Source: Octopus vulgaris
Taxonomy: Eukaryota
Assembly (NCBI GenBank): GCA_951406725.2
Contig: OX597815.1
Span: 144,212,001 to 144,276,000, forward strand
Direction: 5' to 3'
Length of the DNA stretch: 64,000 nt
Below, in pieces: positions 41,141-55,086 of this stretch. The position numbers and the translations under genes are program-made. The notes below the pieces were generated by a model. The model saw only the letters and a program-made list of their open reading frames with translations. It did not search any database and was not told where the DNA came from. How positions within the stretch are numbered: the stretch's first letter is position 1; each line of letters opens with the position of its first letter.

Positions 41141-41855
41141 TGTATGTATGTATGTATGTATGTACGTATGCATGTATGTATGTATGCATGCATGTATATA
41201 TATATATATATATATATATATGCGTGTGTGTGAGTGTTTGCGCGTGTGTGAGTGTTTGGGTGTTTGTTTGTGTGCGTGCATGCGTGTGTGTGTGCGCATC
41301 ATGCACATTCGATTGACGCCTTTTGCAACTACTCGAAGTTCAATGACTACTGGATCGGTCACAGGAACTTTTAATCGACGGAGTAGGAATATTCGCAAGA
41401 CTGATCAGCTAATCCCGGAATCCCGATTAGCTTCACAAGGCATCATCAGATCAATAGATATTATTATACATTACACCTTGTCTTGAACACTATTCTTCTA
41501 TTCGTAATAAGCAATGCAATTATAACACTATATATATGAGTGAGATTATTGATTTATTTCAATGATACCTGGCATAATATTTTCAATAATGTATTGCTCC
41601 TTTTAGTCAATACCCTTATCCACTCAGTGAACTCAAATGATCTTTATCATAATGTGAGAATGGAATACAGTGAGATAGCGCCTGAAGAAGTCGTAGAAAC
41701 AATGTGGTTGATTTTGTCAGGGTCCCATAGATATAATCATGAGGAGCTCATTATATCTGAACAAGAGCAAGCTGCGGTACAAGAAGATTTCACAAGCGCT
41801 ATAGATATACTAGGGGACAAACAAACATGCACACATACATGAAATATATACACAC

Positions 41856-41886
<31 letters not shown>

Positions 41887-41940
41887 CATACATATACATA
41901 TACATAATGCATATATATATATATATGCATTATGTATATG

Positions 41941-41984
<44 letters not shown>

Positions 41985-41985
<1 letters not shown>

Positions 41986-43458
41986 TTCTTCAGTTTATTT
42001 CAAGATTTCTTGCCAATAGAGAAAGAACCGGTTTCTACCCTAGATCCAAGGCTCTTTCATTGGAATTTCAACATCAACAGCAGGGTATTTTTTGTTTGTT
42101 TGTTTGTTTGTATGTATGTATGTATGTATGTATGTATGTATGTATGTATGTATGTATGCATGTATGTATGTATGTATGTATGTATGTACAAATTTGTATG
42201 TATTCTCATGCATAGAGTTACATATCTAGACATACTCATATATATTTAAATGATAAACTTCTGCAAAGTTTTACTGATTTTTACAGTTCTAGTGACGGAT
42301 CGGATCTGTAGTCTTCGAATTAGCTTTCTCCTTTCTAGTTTTCAGAAGCCTAATTTTTCAAGATTGGTATTTAGGCAGTGTGACACATATCCCAGGGCCT
42401 CGATAATTACAGGTATAAACCCGAACTTGTAATCTGGATAGAGTAACTGTAGATTTCTCAATAGTTCAGCATAGGTGTTCTCTTTTTCACTGATCTTCAG
42501 CTTTATGTTAACATCCGCTGGACAGCTAATTTCCACAACTGTGCACAGTTTCTCTTTTCTACCCCCAAATCATTATATCAGGTATGTTGTGCTTACATTT
42601 TATTGAGGTCTTCACTGGTACATTCCACCAGTATTCCTTTTTATTATGAGTGGCCATGGCTTCTATCATATTGTGGGTTCTTATTTCTTTGTCCTCAGGA
42701 TTATATTTCCGACGGATTTCATTAAAGAGTGTTCAAGCTACAACGTCATGTCTCATCGGTAAATAATACCGTGATGGCATTTTCCGATAACTGCGTATGA
42801 TGTGGGTGATATCTTCAGCGTAAGCTCCACAAAGTCTGCATCGGTTGCCATATTTTACGGCTTTTCCTGCATCTCTATCCACTTTTGTGCCTCAGGTAGT
42901 TGGTTCATATTTCCTGTCCCTGGATTGCAAACGCATACTCTTCAAAGTGGGCGGTAGCAATCCGGCCATTGGTCCATGATAAACTGCTTTGATGATCGAT
43001 GTTTTCTACTGACATATCCATACATAGTATTCTGCTCATATAGGCTCATCCTTTCATCTGATGATATGTTGCGGTAGAGTCGTGCGATTTTGGACATGTA
43101 TTCTAGGTTGTCAAAGAGCGTTGCTCAACGAGCTGCCTTCCATGTCTCATGATGTTGTCAGCCTCATGTATGCAAACTTGGTCAAGGGATGCACTTCGAC
43201 ACTTGGTGTTTAAAAGATGTTGCTGAAGAAATATGATGCGACATTCAAAGGCATTTTGGATCGATGTTAAGCCTCTGCCGCCTTGTTTTCGTTTTAGGTA
43301 GGGGCGTTATACGTCACTGTTTATTTGGAAATTATGTGTGCTTGTTAGTATTTTTTGGGTTTTCACATCAATCGCTCGGATCTCATCAAGCGTCCAATCA
43401 AGCAGCCCTAATGTTGGTTTGAATACTGGCACTGCAAACACATTGTGGGCCGCTGTTT
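41985..43458 (-). mobile_element. R4-clade-like RLE retrotransposon fragment embedded in (TATG)n
   Basis: NVFAVPV..DVKTQKILT, RKQGGRGL, CRLCG..EDITHII, EISCPAD..KENTYAEL..FIPVIIEALG. Confidence 0.82.
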
Positions 43459-44099
43459 TATGTATGTATGTATGTATGTATGTATGTATGTATGTATGTA
43501 TGTATGTATGTATGTATGTATGTATGTATGTATGTATATCGTTCTTGTAATTAATATGTTGAAATAAATCTCGTTGCATCTTGGGAGAGTCACTAAGCCA
43601 ATAATAATATTAAACACGCACTGCGAGTCTATTATTGTTGGCGTGCTTCCAAACCACATGGTTCTGGGTTCAGTCCCACTGTGTGACACCTTGGGCAAAT
43701 GTCTTCTGCTATAGCCTCGGACTGACCAATGCCTTGTAAGCGGATTTGGTAGACGGAAGCTGAAAGAAGCCCGTCGTATATATGTGTGTGTGCGTGTGTG
43801 TGTGTGTATTTCTGTGTGATGCTACTGACCACTGGTATGTGCGTCTGTTTGCGTGTGTGTCTGTTTCTCTCACCGACCCCATCACTGCTTGACAACCGGT
43901 GTTGGTGTGTTTACGTCCCCGTAACTTAGCGGTTTGGCAAAACAGACCGAAGGAATAAGTGCTAGGCTTCAAAAATAAGCCCTGGGTTCATTTGTTCGAC
44001 TAAAACCCCTCAAGGCAGTGCTCCAACATGTCCGTGGTCAAATGACTAAAAACAGATAATAGAATAAATTAATATATATATATACGCTCTTAGGTCATC

Positions 44100-44330
44100 A
44101 AAGTGTTTCTACAATATATTACATACCAACAACGCAATGAGAATTACATCCGACGAAAAGTATCAAAATTAATACATCGTATTAGGATACATAAGCAACA
44201 AATCATAGATTCTTCTGTTATAAATGTGTCATATAGTAAACATCTAGACATTTGTGCAATGGAAAATTCAAAATATTCCCATATTATTCAAATTAATGAG
44301 AAAGAATGATCGACAACGAAAGACAAAAGA
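44100..44330 (+). mobile_element. Decayed Penelope-like GIY-YIG remnant
   Basis: YITYQQRNENYIRRK..RIRIHKQQI..SKHLDICA resembles Y.I.C..C...YIG.T..R...H. Confidence 0.55.
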
Positions 44331-44853
44331 AGAATACTGTATAAGAGTTCTAAATCCGAAACGGAACCGAACCGGAAATAGTCAATACCGCTACTAAAAG
44401 CAATTTCTTCTATACAGGTTACCCTCGAAATACGTTTGAAAAGCTGTAAACAGCGAAAACGTTTACACAACACTTCTTTCGAAAAGATTTGTGTTATTCT
44501 GCTATTTAAGAATTTTTTAAAGATTATTTTTGCTTTAATTTACAATTTTTAATTTAAGAAAATTTTTCTTCAAATATTGTGATTGTATCAAGAATTCTTT
44601 CTGAAAGCGTTTTTGAATACACTCACATATAGACACACAATCATACATACATACATACATACATACATACATACATACATACATACAATATATATAGGAG
44701 TGGCTGTGTGGTAAGTAGCTTGCTTACCAATCACATGGTCCCGGGTTCAGTCCCACTGTATGGCACTTTGGGCAAGTGTCTTCTACTATAGCCTCGAGCC
44801 GAGCAAAGCCTTGTAAGTGGATTTGGTTGACGGAAACTGAAAGAAGCCCGTCG

Positions 44854-44919
<66 letters not shown>

Positions 44920-45164
44920 TATGTGTCTGTGTTTGTCCCCCAAACATCGCTTGGTAACCGATGCTGGTTGTCCCCGTAACTTAGCGGTTCGGCAAAAGAG
45001 ACCGATAGAATAAGTACTAGGCTTACAAAGAATAAGTCCTGGGGTAGATTTGCTCGACTAAAGGCGGTGCTCCAGCATGGCCACAGTCAAATGACTGAAA
45101 CAAGTAAAAAAAGTAAAAGAGTATATACAAATATAATACTTATACATCTATATGTATGTATAAG

Positions 45165-45234
<70 letters not shown>

Positions 45235-45716
45235 TGTGTGTCTGTGTGTCTGTGTGTGTGTCTGTGTGTATACACATGCATACACTTGTCGTAAGTCTGT
45301 ATAGCAGATGTATGTTTGTATATCGTCTGCACTTCATATAGCAGAGAATTATATCAGTCTTTATCGTGTTAGTTGTCATGTCAAATTCCGTACAATTTTT
45401 ATAGTAATGTGCATGTGTCTATTGTTTAATGTCTGTTTTATTTTGCAGCATTAATTTATATGTGTGTATGAGTTTGTTTGCTTTATGCTATTCTTATATT
45501 ATATTATGCATACGTACATATTTAGATAAGCACCTATATCATGTGTGTGTGAGAGGAAGAGGATAGTTAATTGCATTCATCGAAGTGCTCAACTGGTACT
45601 GATTTCATCTCCTCGAGAGAATGAAAGACAAAGTCGGCCCTCGGCAGAATTTGAACTCAGAAATATCGTTAATCGTTTTGTCCGACGAGTTAACCATTCT
45701 AGCTGCTCGCCACCTT

Positions 45717-45814
<98 letters not shown>

Positions 45815-45869
45815 GCAGACAGACAGATACATACATATGTATACATATATATATATATATATATACAAG

Positions 45870-45901
<32 letters not shown>

Positions 45902-45980
45902 AACACATTTTCTACGTACACTAATGTATTACCTGTCCTATGACCCATAATGATAAGAGTAGGTAATATCAGGTAATATT

Positions 45981-46396
45981 ATATAGATGCAATCAATTTT
46001 TATTTTATTTTAAACAAATTCTGCCGTTTTTATACGAAAATAATGATATGAAAACTACTCTTAAAAATAATATTTAATAAATTTACAATAAAATTACATA
46101 TAGCAATTTTTAATTTTTCTATATTTCCAATAAAAATATGATTTAAATATCAATAATTCTGTTTAACTACAAATTAATTCTTCATAGAGCTTTAGGTGAT
46201 AAGGACCACAGTTCCAAAATTATATACCTAATATAGGGCATCATATGACGGTAACACGGTAGGTACTGTATAGTAAAAAGAATAAATCCAATACTATGAA
46301 AGTTGTCTCCCTTCATAGGACGGACAAACAAATTTTTAAATGGCGACACTGCCAATTGCATTAATATTACATGCGTATAGAAAGATAGAAAGATAG

Positions 46397-46474
<78 letters not shown>

Positions 46475-47340
46475 TATAGATAGATAGATAGATAGATACA
46501 TACATACATACATACATACATACATACATACATACATACATACATACATACATACATACATGGGTGGATAGACGAATGGATGGATGTTATGAATAATAAT
46601 ATTCTTAAAATAATAGGTTTAAATATATACCTTGGTTTATAAATATTCAAATTAAAATTCAGAAAATGGAGAGGTAACGTTAATATAATTTATTAACTGC
46701 AAACATTCAACATGTTGACTTACAATTGTTTCGCTTTTGTCCAAAAGAATTAAATTCCAATAATTAAAACATTTTATTGGGCAAAATCTCGTCAGGGGAG
46801 TAAAAAAGACATATGTTATTCTTCCAAAACATCTCAACAAACTAAATCTCGTCAGAGTAAAAAATATATATCATTAGGTTATTACATTTTATTTTTCCAA
46901 AACATTTCAATAGATTTAATTCTAAATTATTTGCATTTGACGGATATTTGTACTCATCTTGTTTGTTGTTAACACAATGTTTCGGCTGGAGAGTCTATCA
47001 ACCGAAACATTGTATGAACAATAAACAAGATGAGGACAAATATCCATTAAATGTAAATAATGTAAATAATGAACATAATTCCTCATCTCTAAAATATAGA
47101 ACTAGATTTAATTCTTTTGGGCAAAATCGAAACAGCTGTAAGTAAACATGTTGAATTTTTGCAGTTAATAAATTATGTTAACGCTACTTCTCTATTTTCT
47201 GGATTTTAATTTGTATGTATATAGATGCAATCAATTTTTATTTTATTTTAAACAAATTCTGTGGTTTTTATACGAAAATAATGATATGAAAACTACTCTT
47301 AAAAATAATATTTAATAAATTTACAATAAAATTACATATA
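45981..47340. mobile_element. Composite hammerhead-bearing repeat with direct and inverted segments and a nested insertion
   Basis: 122-bp direct repeats at 45981-46102 and 47219-47340; inverted pair at about 46648-46755 and 47106-47213; nested element at 46924-47102. Confidence 0.7.
46715..46804 (-). ncRNA. Type I hammerhead motif, slightly decayed
   Basis: UUUACU(CCC)-CUGACGA-GAUUUUGCCCAA..UUGGACAAAAGC-GAAA-CAAUUG-UA-AGUCAA. Confidence 0.62.
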
Positions 47341-47449
47341 ACGTGTATATATATATATATATACACATGCATACATACATATATACAAGTATATATACAG
47401 ATGTGTATGTGTGTGTAAACGCATGTATGTATGTATGTATGTATGTATG

Positions 47450-47995
47450 TCAGGTCACTTTCGAGTGCTACTGGTAACATATAACCCAGTACAACCTGTT
47501 GCATGGTCGGGTCGTCGGCGATTAAACCGGCAACCCCACCAAGCTTGCTTGGTGAGGAGGGTGTTTATTCGACACCCTGCGGGATGAAAAACAAAACCCG
47601 TCAAAGGGCGGAGGAACTCTTGAGAGTCAACGGCCATCTAATAAATGTCTTAAGACTGTATCATGCGCGGGGACATAGAAATAATCGGACTGAATACCCG
47701 ATCGCGCGGTTAAACCATTGGGAGTGAAGGACTCCCAGCCTTTGTTAGAGCATCCTTCTAGGAGAAGGTAACTCAGGTAACTGGGATAACTCCGACATAA
47801 AATCTGCGGCTCAGTGGTTACCGATGATGTTGACTTCTTCTTTTCGGATTATGGCTGCTGTTGCTTTGTGAGTGGGATTGACTTAGTGCACAGCCTTTCC
47901 TCACTTGAAAAAATCTTGCACAGGCATTGCACGATAACAACATTGATTAAGCTTTGTGCAATGGCCATACTCGATAACGAGGGGGAAGCCACCAT
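47450..47995 (+). mobile_element. Second copy of the 500-bp (CATA)n-associated repeat
   Basis: Reverse complement of 8238-8740; flanked by (TATG)n. Confidence 0.7.
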
Positions 47996-48199
47996 GTATG
48001 TATGTATGTATGTGCAACTTCATCAGTCGTTTACTTTTATCATTACTGATTAATTTTCAATTATCAAGTTGAATAAAATACCTCCTTATGCCAATAGTCT
48101 GGGCTTATAATTCGAATTTAAAAGTCACCTCAAGCACAGGGAGGTGATGAAAGCATTGAGTTCTCATAATGAAGAGATGATGATGATGATGATGATGAC

Positions 48200-48244
<45 letters not shown>

Positions 48245-48740
48245 AATGATGATGATGATGATGATGATGATAAAGATGATGATGATGACGACGATGACGA
48301 CTATGATGATGACGACGATGATGGTGACGACGACGATGAAGACGAAGAGCAGGAGGCGGATGAAGAGAAGGAGGAGAAGGCAAATAGTAATAACTGGTAG
48401 AAAGATTTTTATATGGTAATAACATGTTAAAATCGTATCCATTCTTTTAAAGGGTTTCTAAGGGTTTCTTTTTTCGCTCAGACAACACTAATATAAATTT
48501 TACAATTGTTACATAATCAGATGCCACTGACCACTGCAAGATATTTCTCTGAGCTCATTTTGGTTTAAATTATTCAATTTTTTTTTTTTTTTTTGGTTTG
48601 GAGTTTTTTGTATGAGTTCCTCGGTTACAGGAGATAAGATCGGACAACTATTTTACTGATAACGTTTATTGAGGCAGAAACACAGACGGTTCGATGAAAT
48701 CTAAGCAGGCCGAAACTTCGAAATCACATTATTCTTAAAG

Positions 48741-48806
<66 letters not shown>

Positions 48807-49067
48807 GAAATATGTTACGAAAAGAAAATATAAAATACACATGGAAATGTAAGGGTAAAATAGGAAAAATCAACGAAAATGCATATTGCAAATAGAAAAA
48901 GGCTATTTATGACAGGTAACGACAAATATATACATTTAGATTGACTGAGGTAGTAATACGAGTCATAAAAGGCATTATTATGAGATGATTATAAGACGAT
49001 AATAAAGTAAAAGAACAAACCGAACCAATGATTCACGCAAAGCTGTTCATCGTTTGATCAACACCGG

Positions 49068-49126
<59 letters not shown>

Positions 49127-49432
49127 TTTTATTCTTTTATTTGTTTCAGTCATTTCACTGCGGCTATGTTGGAGCACTGCCTTTAGTCGAACAAATCGAA
49201 ACCAGGACTTATTCTTTGTAAGCCTAGTACTTATTCTATCGGTCTCGTTGCAGAAGTCATCACAAAAGTCATCACTCAGAGTTTCCCGTTCCCGTTCATC
49301 GGGAACGTAGAACTCTGAGTAACAGTTTTGAGATGTTTTTGCAGCTTTATTAATAAAGTATATTACTCTACTTCCGAGTACAATTTTTTCCATCTTGTTT
49401 CACATTTATGTGCTTACTCTGGTGTGTGCAAG

Positions 49433-49484
<52 letters not shown>

Positions 49485-49485
49485 G

Positions 49486-49530
<45 letters not shown>

Positions 49531-50108
49531 CATATATATATATATATATATATTTGTATGTGTGTATGTATATGTATGTGTGCGGTATACGTTTATATAT
49601 TTATACACACACAAACATACCTGTGTATGAATGTATATATATATACGTATAAATATATATTTATATTGTGTGTGCGTGTATGTTTGAATGTGTCTACGTG
49701 TGTGCCTCTGTGTATGTGTATGTGTGTGTGTATGTGTGTGTGTGTTGTGTGTGTGTTTGTGTGTGTGTATGTGTGTGTTGATATTGAGACATGCTTTGGT
49801 GCATTGTTGAGGGAAAGAGAGACACGTGGGAAGGGTAGGGTGCACGTATGTATTTATGTCCACCTCCGTAAACAGAACACTATCAATGTAATCAACAGGA
49901 AGTGTAGCTAAATGTTGATGGGATTGAATGGCGGAAATTAAATATTGAACGCAAAAGAATTATGTAGAAGTTCCCTCCTTCCACCAAGAGAGGTCACGGC
50001 AAGGCTTGTCCCATGATTAAACAGGCTCCTATCGGTTCAGAAGATGATTAAGAGTTTTCTGGACGAGATCAAGAAACAGTAAGGGAAGCGATACTAATTC
50101 ACGTTGCA

Positions 50109-50187
<79 letters not shown>

Positions 50188-50854
50188 ATGGGGTGGGGTG
50201 GTATTCGATCAATCGTCACATAAATGTGTATGGTCACTTCACATCTATCCCAGACTGTATACTCATCATTGTTCTGGATCCACATATGGCTGATAAGAAT
50301 AATTTACATCTTCGAATATCTGTTTCGCTTAAGAGACTTGATACCTATTTCTTAACTACCCACAAGGGGCCAAACACAGAGAGGACAAACAAGGACAGAC
50401 AAACGGATTAAGTCGATTATATCGACCCCAGTGCGTAACTGGTACTTATTTAATCGACCCCGAAAGGATGAAAGGCAAAGTCGACCTCGGCGGAATTTGA
50501 ACTCAGAACGTTACGGCAGACGAAATACCGCTAAGCATTTCTCCCGGCGTGCTAATGTTTCTGCCAGCATCTCTGAAACAAGGAGTACAGTATTTATACA
50601 CCTTACTCATGGTTTTAATTTCGACTGATTCCCTGTCTCAGAGGAAGTGACCCTCCATCTTGAATAAGAAACTGGCCATGCCGCGAGAATGATTCTGGAT
50701 TGAAAGTCAACTGCAACCATTCAGTATATATCGTACACTTTCTAACCTTCCGTCTACCTTACACATTACAAAACTTATTAAACCTTTGTCCAAGAAGTAC
50801 TGTCAATAGACTATAATACGGGATATCAGCGCTAAGTTGTGATGTGTACAAATG

Positions 50855-51195
50855 CAAACTTGTTACCAGTTCAAATGCATATTCGAGCCCGTAAGAAAGT
50901 TTTCACGATGTTTTGCCATGCAGAACATTTCTCACTGTTGACAAATGGGTGTGAATACGTTGAATTAGTTCGCAGTGTCACCCTTATTTACGGTGAGCCG
51001 CCAATTAGCGCTACCGGTCATTGAATGATGTCGGGAATGTCATAAGAGAGATACGGTCGCTAGTCAGCTTGCAGCGCCGTCCTCTCTGGGTTCTGTGGCT
51101 GAAGGGGAGATAACTACTGCGAAATGCAATGCAACTTACAGTCTGGGCAGGTGGTACTGCGAGCCTCAAGCATATTTGAACTGGTAACAAGTTTG
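50855..51195. mobile_element. Candidate MITE with 22-bp perfect terminal inverted repeats
   Basis: CAAACTTGTTACCAGTTCAAAT (50855-50876) and its reverse complement (51174-51195); flanks are TG and TA. Confidence 0.6.
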
Positions 51196-51714
51196 TAACT
51201 ATCAGTAGAGTCTTCCAACATTCCACAGCTTAATATTAATCTTTTGAAAAAGTGTCCAACAAGCCAAAACGCGGAACTGTAGCACTCCATCAAATATGAT
51301 CTATCCATCCATCTTCTCCGCCCACTAGTCTTGCGAGGGCTGTGGTGATGGAATCTTCATGCACCTCCTACATAAAGTATTATCAGAAGCAACTGTCATC
51401 AAATCTTCCAAATAGATTCTCGGGCGAGACCAATGGATATTATCCCACCATCTCGTTCTCGGGCTGCCAGAAGATCACCTGCCGATCAGCTCGGCTTGAA
51501 GAGTCGGTCTTGCGATTCTTTCTTATAACAATCTAATAACATGTCCGCAGTAGCGGAGCTATGACCTCTCAATGTGGAGAAGAATAGTCTACTAGATTTC
51601 ATTATCTGAAAAGAAAAGGAATGCTGTTGAAATTATCCCTTAATAACTATAGCTATTACTTAACTTATATATAATTATATTTTTACTAAATTATATAGTG
51701 ATATAACTATAAGT

Positions 51715-52140
51715 GTTAAATACACAGTCTAAACATTTTTGAACACACAAATGCACAATATAAACACTACCTAACGCAGCTTAAACAATACCCAAACGTG
51801 CAACCTAAACACAGACTAAACAAGCTTAAACACTGCCTAAACACAATATAAAGACGCAATCTAAACCTTACCTAAATACAAAACCAAAATACTACATAAA
51901 CACACAAACATTGCCTAAGCATATAAACAGTACCTAAATCCGAAACCTAAACGCAACATAAAAACAGGCTAGCCGTTTTGGTAGTGTCTAGATAGTGTTT
52001 AGATTGTGTTTAGGCAACCTAAATACATAGTCTAAATGCAATTCAAGCACACTGCCTAAACAGACAACCTAAAAACCTAAATCCAACACTACCTAAATGC
52101 AATCTAAATGCACATCCTTAGCACGAAACCTAAATAAAAC
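51715..52140. repeat. Degenerate 11-bp-like minisatellite (CTAAACAC core) with an internal inversion
   Basis: Many CCTAAA(C/T)/CTAAACAC units; reverse-oriented units GTGTTTAG at about 51975-52013. Confidence 0.7.
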
Positions 52141-52981
52141 TTACCAGACATAAAGAGAAACTTGTACATCTTCCAGGGATTAACTAATAAAAAGACCCAG
52201 GATGGATTATGGTCGGCCTTTCTGGTCCCTAATCTCTCCACAACAAACTGTAAAGCATCCTACGTTGTAGATCACACTACAGGTCATACTCAGAGACCAC
52301 AATGAAACAACATTCAATATGAAAGATCATCTCTTTAGCACGCCGGAAAAATTGCTTAGCGGCATTTCGTCCGTCTTTATGTTCTGAGTTCAAATTCCGC
52401 CGAAGTCGACTTTGCCTTTCATCCTTTCAGGGTCGATAAAATAAGTACCAGTTGATCACTGGGGTCGATGTAATTGACTTACCCACTCCCCCGAACTCTT
52501 TGTGTCAAAATTTAAAAGATCATTTGAACATGTGAGGGACAGTTTGTTGCTACAAGAAACTCCAGCAAACACAGGCAGCTATAACCACTACTACAACACT
52601 AGAATAACCACGCACTGTAACAACCACCACCACTACACTATTGTCACCACCAAACTCTAACCGTCACCTCTACATTACAAATATCATATCACTGTTATGC
52701 CCGTCACTAAGATTACTACCAATACCACCGTCATTATCACCAACACTACCACTGCCATTAGTCAATGAGGGAGCCCCTGGATGATCACTGTACCTGATGG
52801 AAACAACATCTTTATAGAAAAAGAAAAAGGATGGACACATTGAATAGTGTAGTCCAAGGTACACTGTGAAACGAAAAATAACTGGATGGTCACTGACTGA
52901 ATACTTTCGATCAAATCATCACCATATTTACTGTCACAGTGGTCGTTTGGTTCCTGATCTTATTGTTGTTACTGTAGTTAC

Positions 52982-53035
<54 letters not shown>

Positions 53036-53450
53036 GGTGGTGGTGGTGGTGGTGGTGGTGGTGGTGGTGGTGGTGGTGGTGGTAGTAGTAGTAGTAGTAT
53101 TTGTTGTTGCTGTTTTTGCTTTTATAGTCAGTGTAGTTACTGTTGTTACTGCTGCTGCTGCTACTGTTGTAGTTTTTATACTTCTGTAGTTACCAGTGTT
53201 GTTGCTGCTGGTTGTTGTTGTCGCTGTATCTGTGCTGTTGCTGTTGTTGTTGTTGTCGCTGTATCAATTGCTGTAGTTGCTGCGAATAGTTGTAGTTTTT
53301 GCTTATTTTTATCGTATTTGTCGTTGTTCCTATTTTTTTCTTTTTTTTTTCTTGCTTTTGTAGTTAAGTTATATTTGTTATTGCTGAAACTGTAGTTATT
53401 GTTCCTATACTTGTTGCTGTTGTTTTAGTCGCTGTTGCTGTACCTGTTGC

Positions 53451-53493
<43 letters not shown>

Positions 53494-54557
53494 GCTGTTG
53501 TCGTCGTCGTCGTTGTTGTCATTTAATTAAAACAGCTCAAGTAAAACCTCCCATCCTAATCTGTACATCCGTTGATGATGTTTCCCCGTAACTTCACCCT
53601 TCACCATCATCATTACCTTTATGAAATATTAGCACTGCTACCAGTACGACAACCACCACCACCACCACCACCGTACCACGACCACCATTCGATTACCGGT
53701 GCCACTGACACCACCGTGACGACTACCACCACTCCCAGTCATCACCACCACTAACAACAACACACTGAAGCATAACTACACACCATCACCACCACCACCA
53801 GCACAACCACCACCACCACCACACTGTACAGGCTATTCAATAGGAATGAGTCAGAACCAAAATTATGATTAAAATGTTACAGACCGAGAAACTAAAATCA
53901 GGTCAGAAAGCAAGAAAATAACCTAAAATATCAACAGCAGAAGGATTACAGTGTTATTAAAATCTCTTTCTCCCTCTCACTGAAGGAGGACAATTGTCCG
54001 AAACGTTAGACTTCATTCCGTACGGTAAACTAATTCATTGTGATTTATTATCAACTATTTTTTTATCAGACATATATTAATACACACGTGACCACTGCTA
54101 TCACCATCACTACCTCTACTACTACCAATACAACCATCACAAACAATAACAACATTAACACTACCACCGACCCGCTAATACCACTATCGCCGCTACCACA
54201 AACTCCACGACCATCGACGCTGCCACCACCACAAACATCATCTTCACAAACACTCCCACCATCTTCACTATCACTATTATCATCATCATCACCACAACCA
54301 ACAACACTACCACTGCTAACACCAATTTTATCGGATCCTTAATATTACCTAAATAATATAGTCTGTACCATTCGAGTGGCTGGAGTGTAGTAGTAACAGT
54401 AGTGGTTGCAGTGGTTGTATTATTATACACTAATAGTGGTGGTGGTGGAAGTTTTGGAGTGATGGTGACAGTGGTAGTGATAGAAAATAAGTTGGTGGTG
54501 GAGATAGTAGTAGCAGCGGCGGTGATGGTAATGGTGGCCTGCTGGTGATGGTGGCGC

Positions 54558-54594
<37 letters not shown>

Positions 54595-54716
54595 CGTTGT
54601 CGTAGAAGCAGTAGTAGTAGCGGTGGTGGTGGTGGTGATCGTCGCGGTGGTAGTAATAGCAGAAGTAGTAGTACTATAGTGGTGGTGGTGGTTGTTGAAG
54701 CAATAATAGTGGTGGC

Positions 54717-54778
<62 letters not shown>

Positions 54779-55050
54779 CAGCAGCAGCAGTAGCAGTAGC
54801 AGTAGTGTCAGTGGCGGTGGTGGTCGTAATGGTTGTAGTTTATGGGAGTGTGGTGGTAGTTTTGGTGGTGGAGAGAATATATTAATTTTTGATTTTTAAT
54901 GATTTAAATTGGAATGATCCAGAACCATATTGGAAAGGGGTGTGGGGTGGCGAAGGGAGGACACGGATTAGTGTGGAGAGAAAGAAGGGGGGATTGAAAG
55001 ATTGAGATGGAGCAACGAAGGGAGGGAGGGAAAGAAAGGAGATGGAGCAG

Positions 55051-55086
<36 letters not shown>

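Noticed and set aside
48945-48966. TGAGGTAGTA let-7-like seed
   Set aside because: The rest does not match let-7 and no precursor hairpin is visible.
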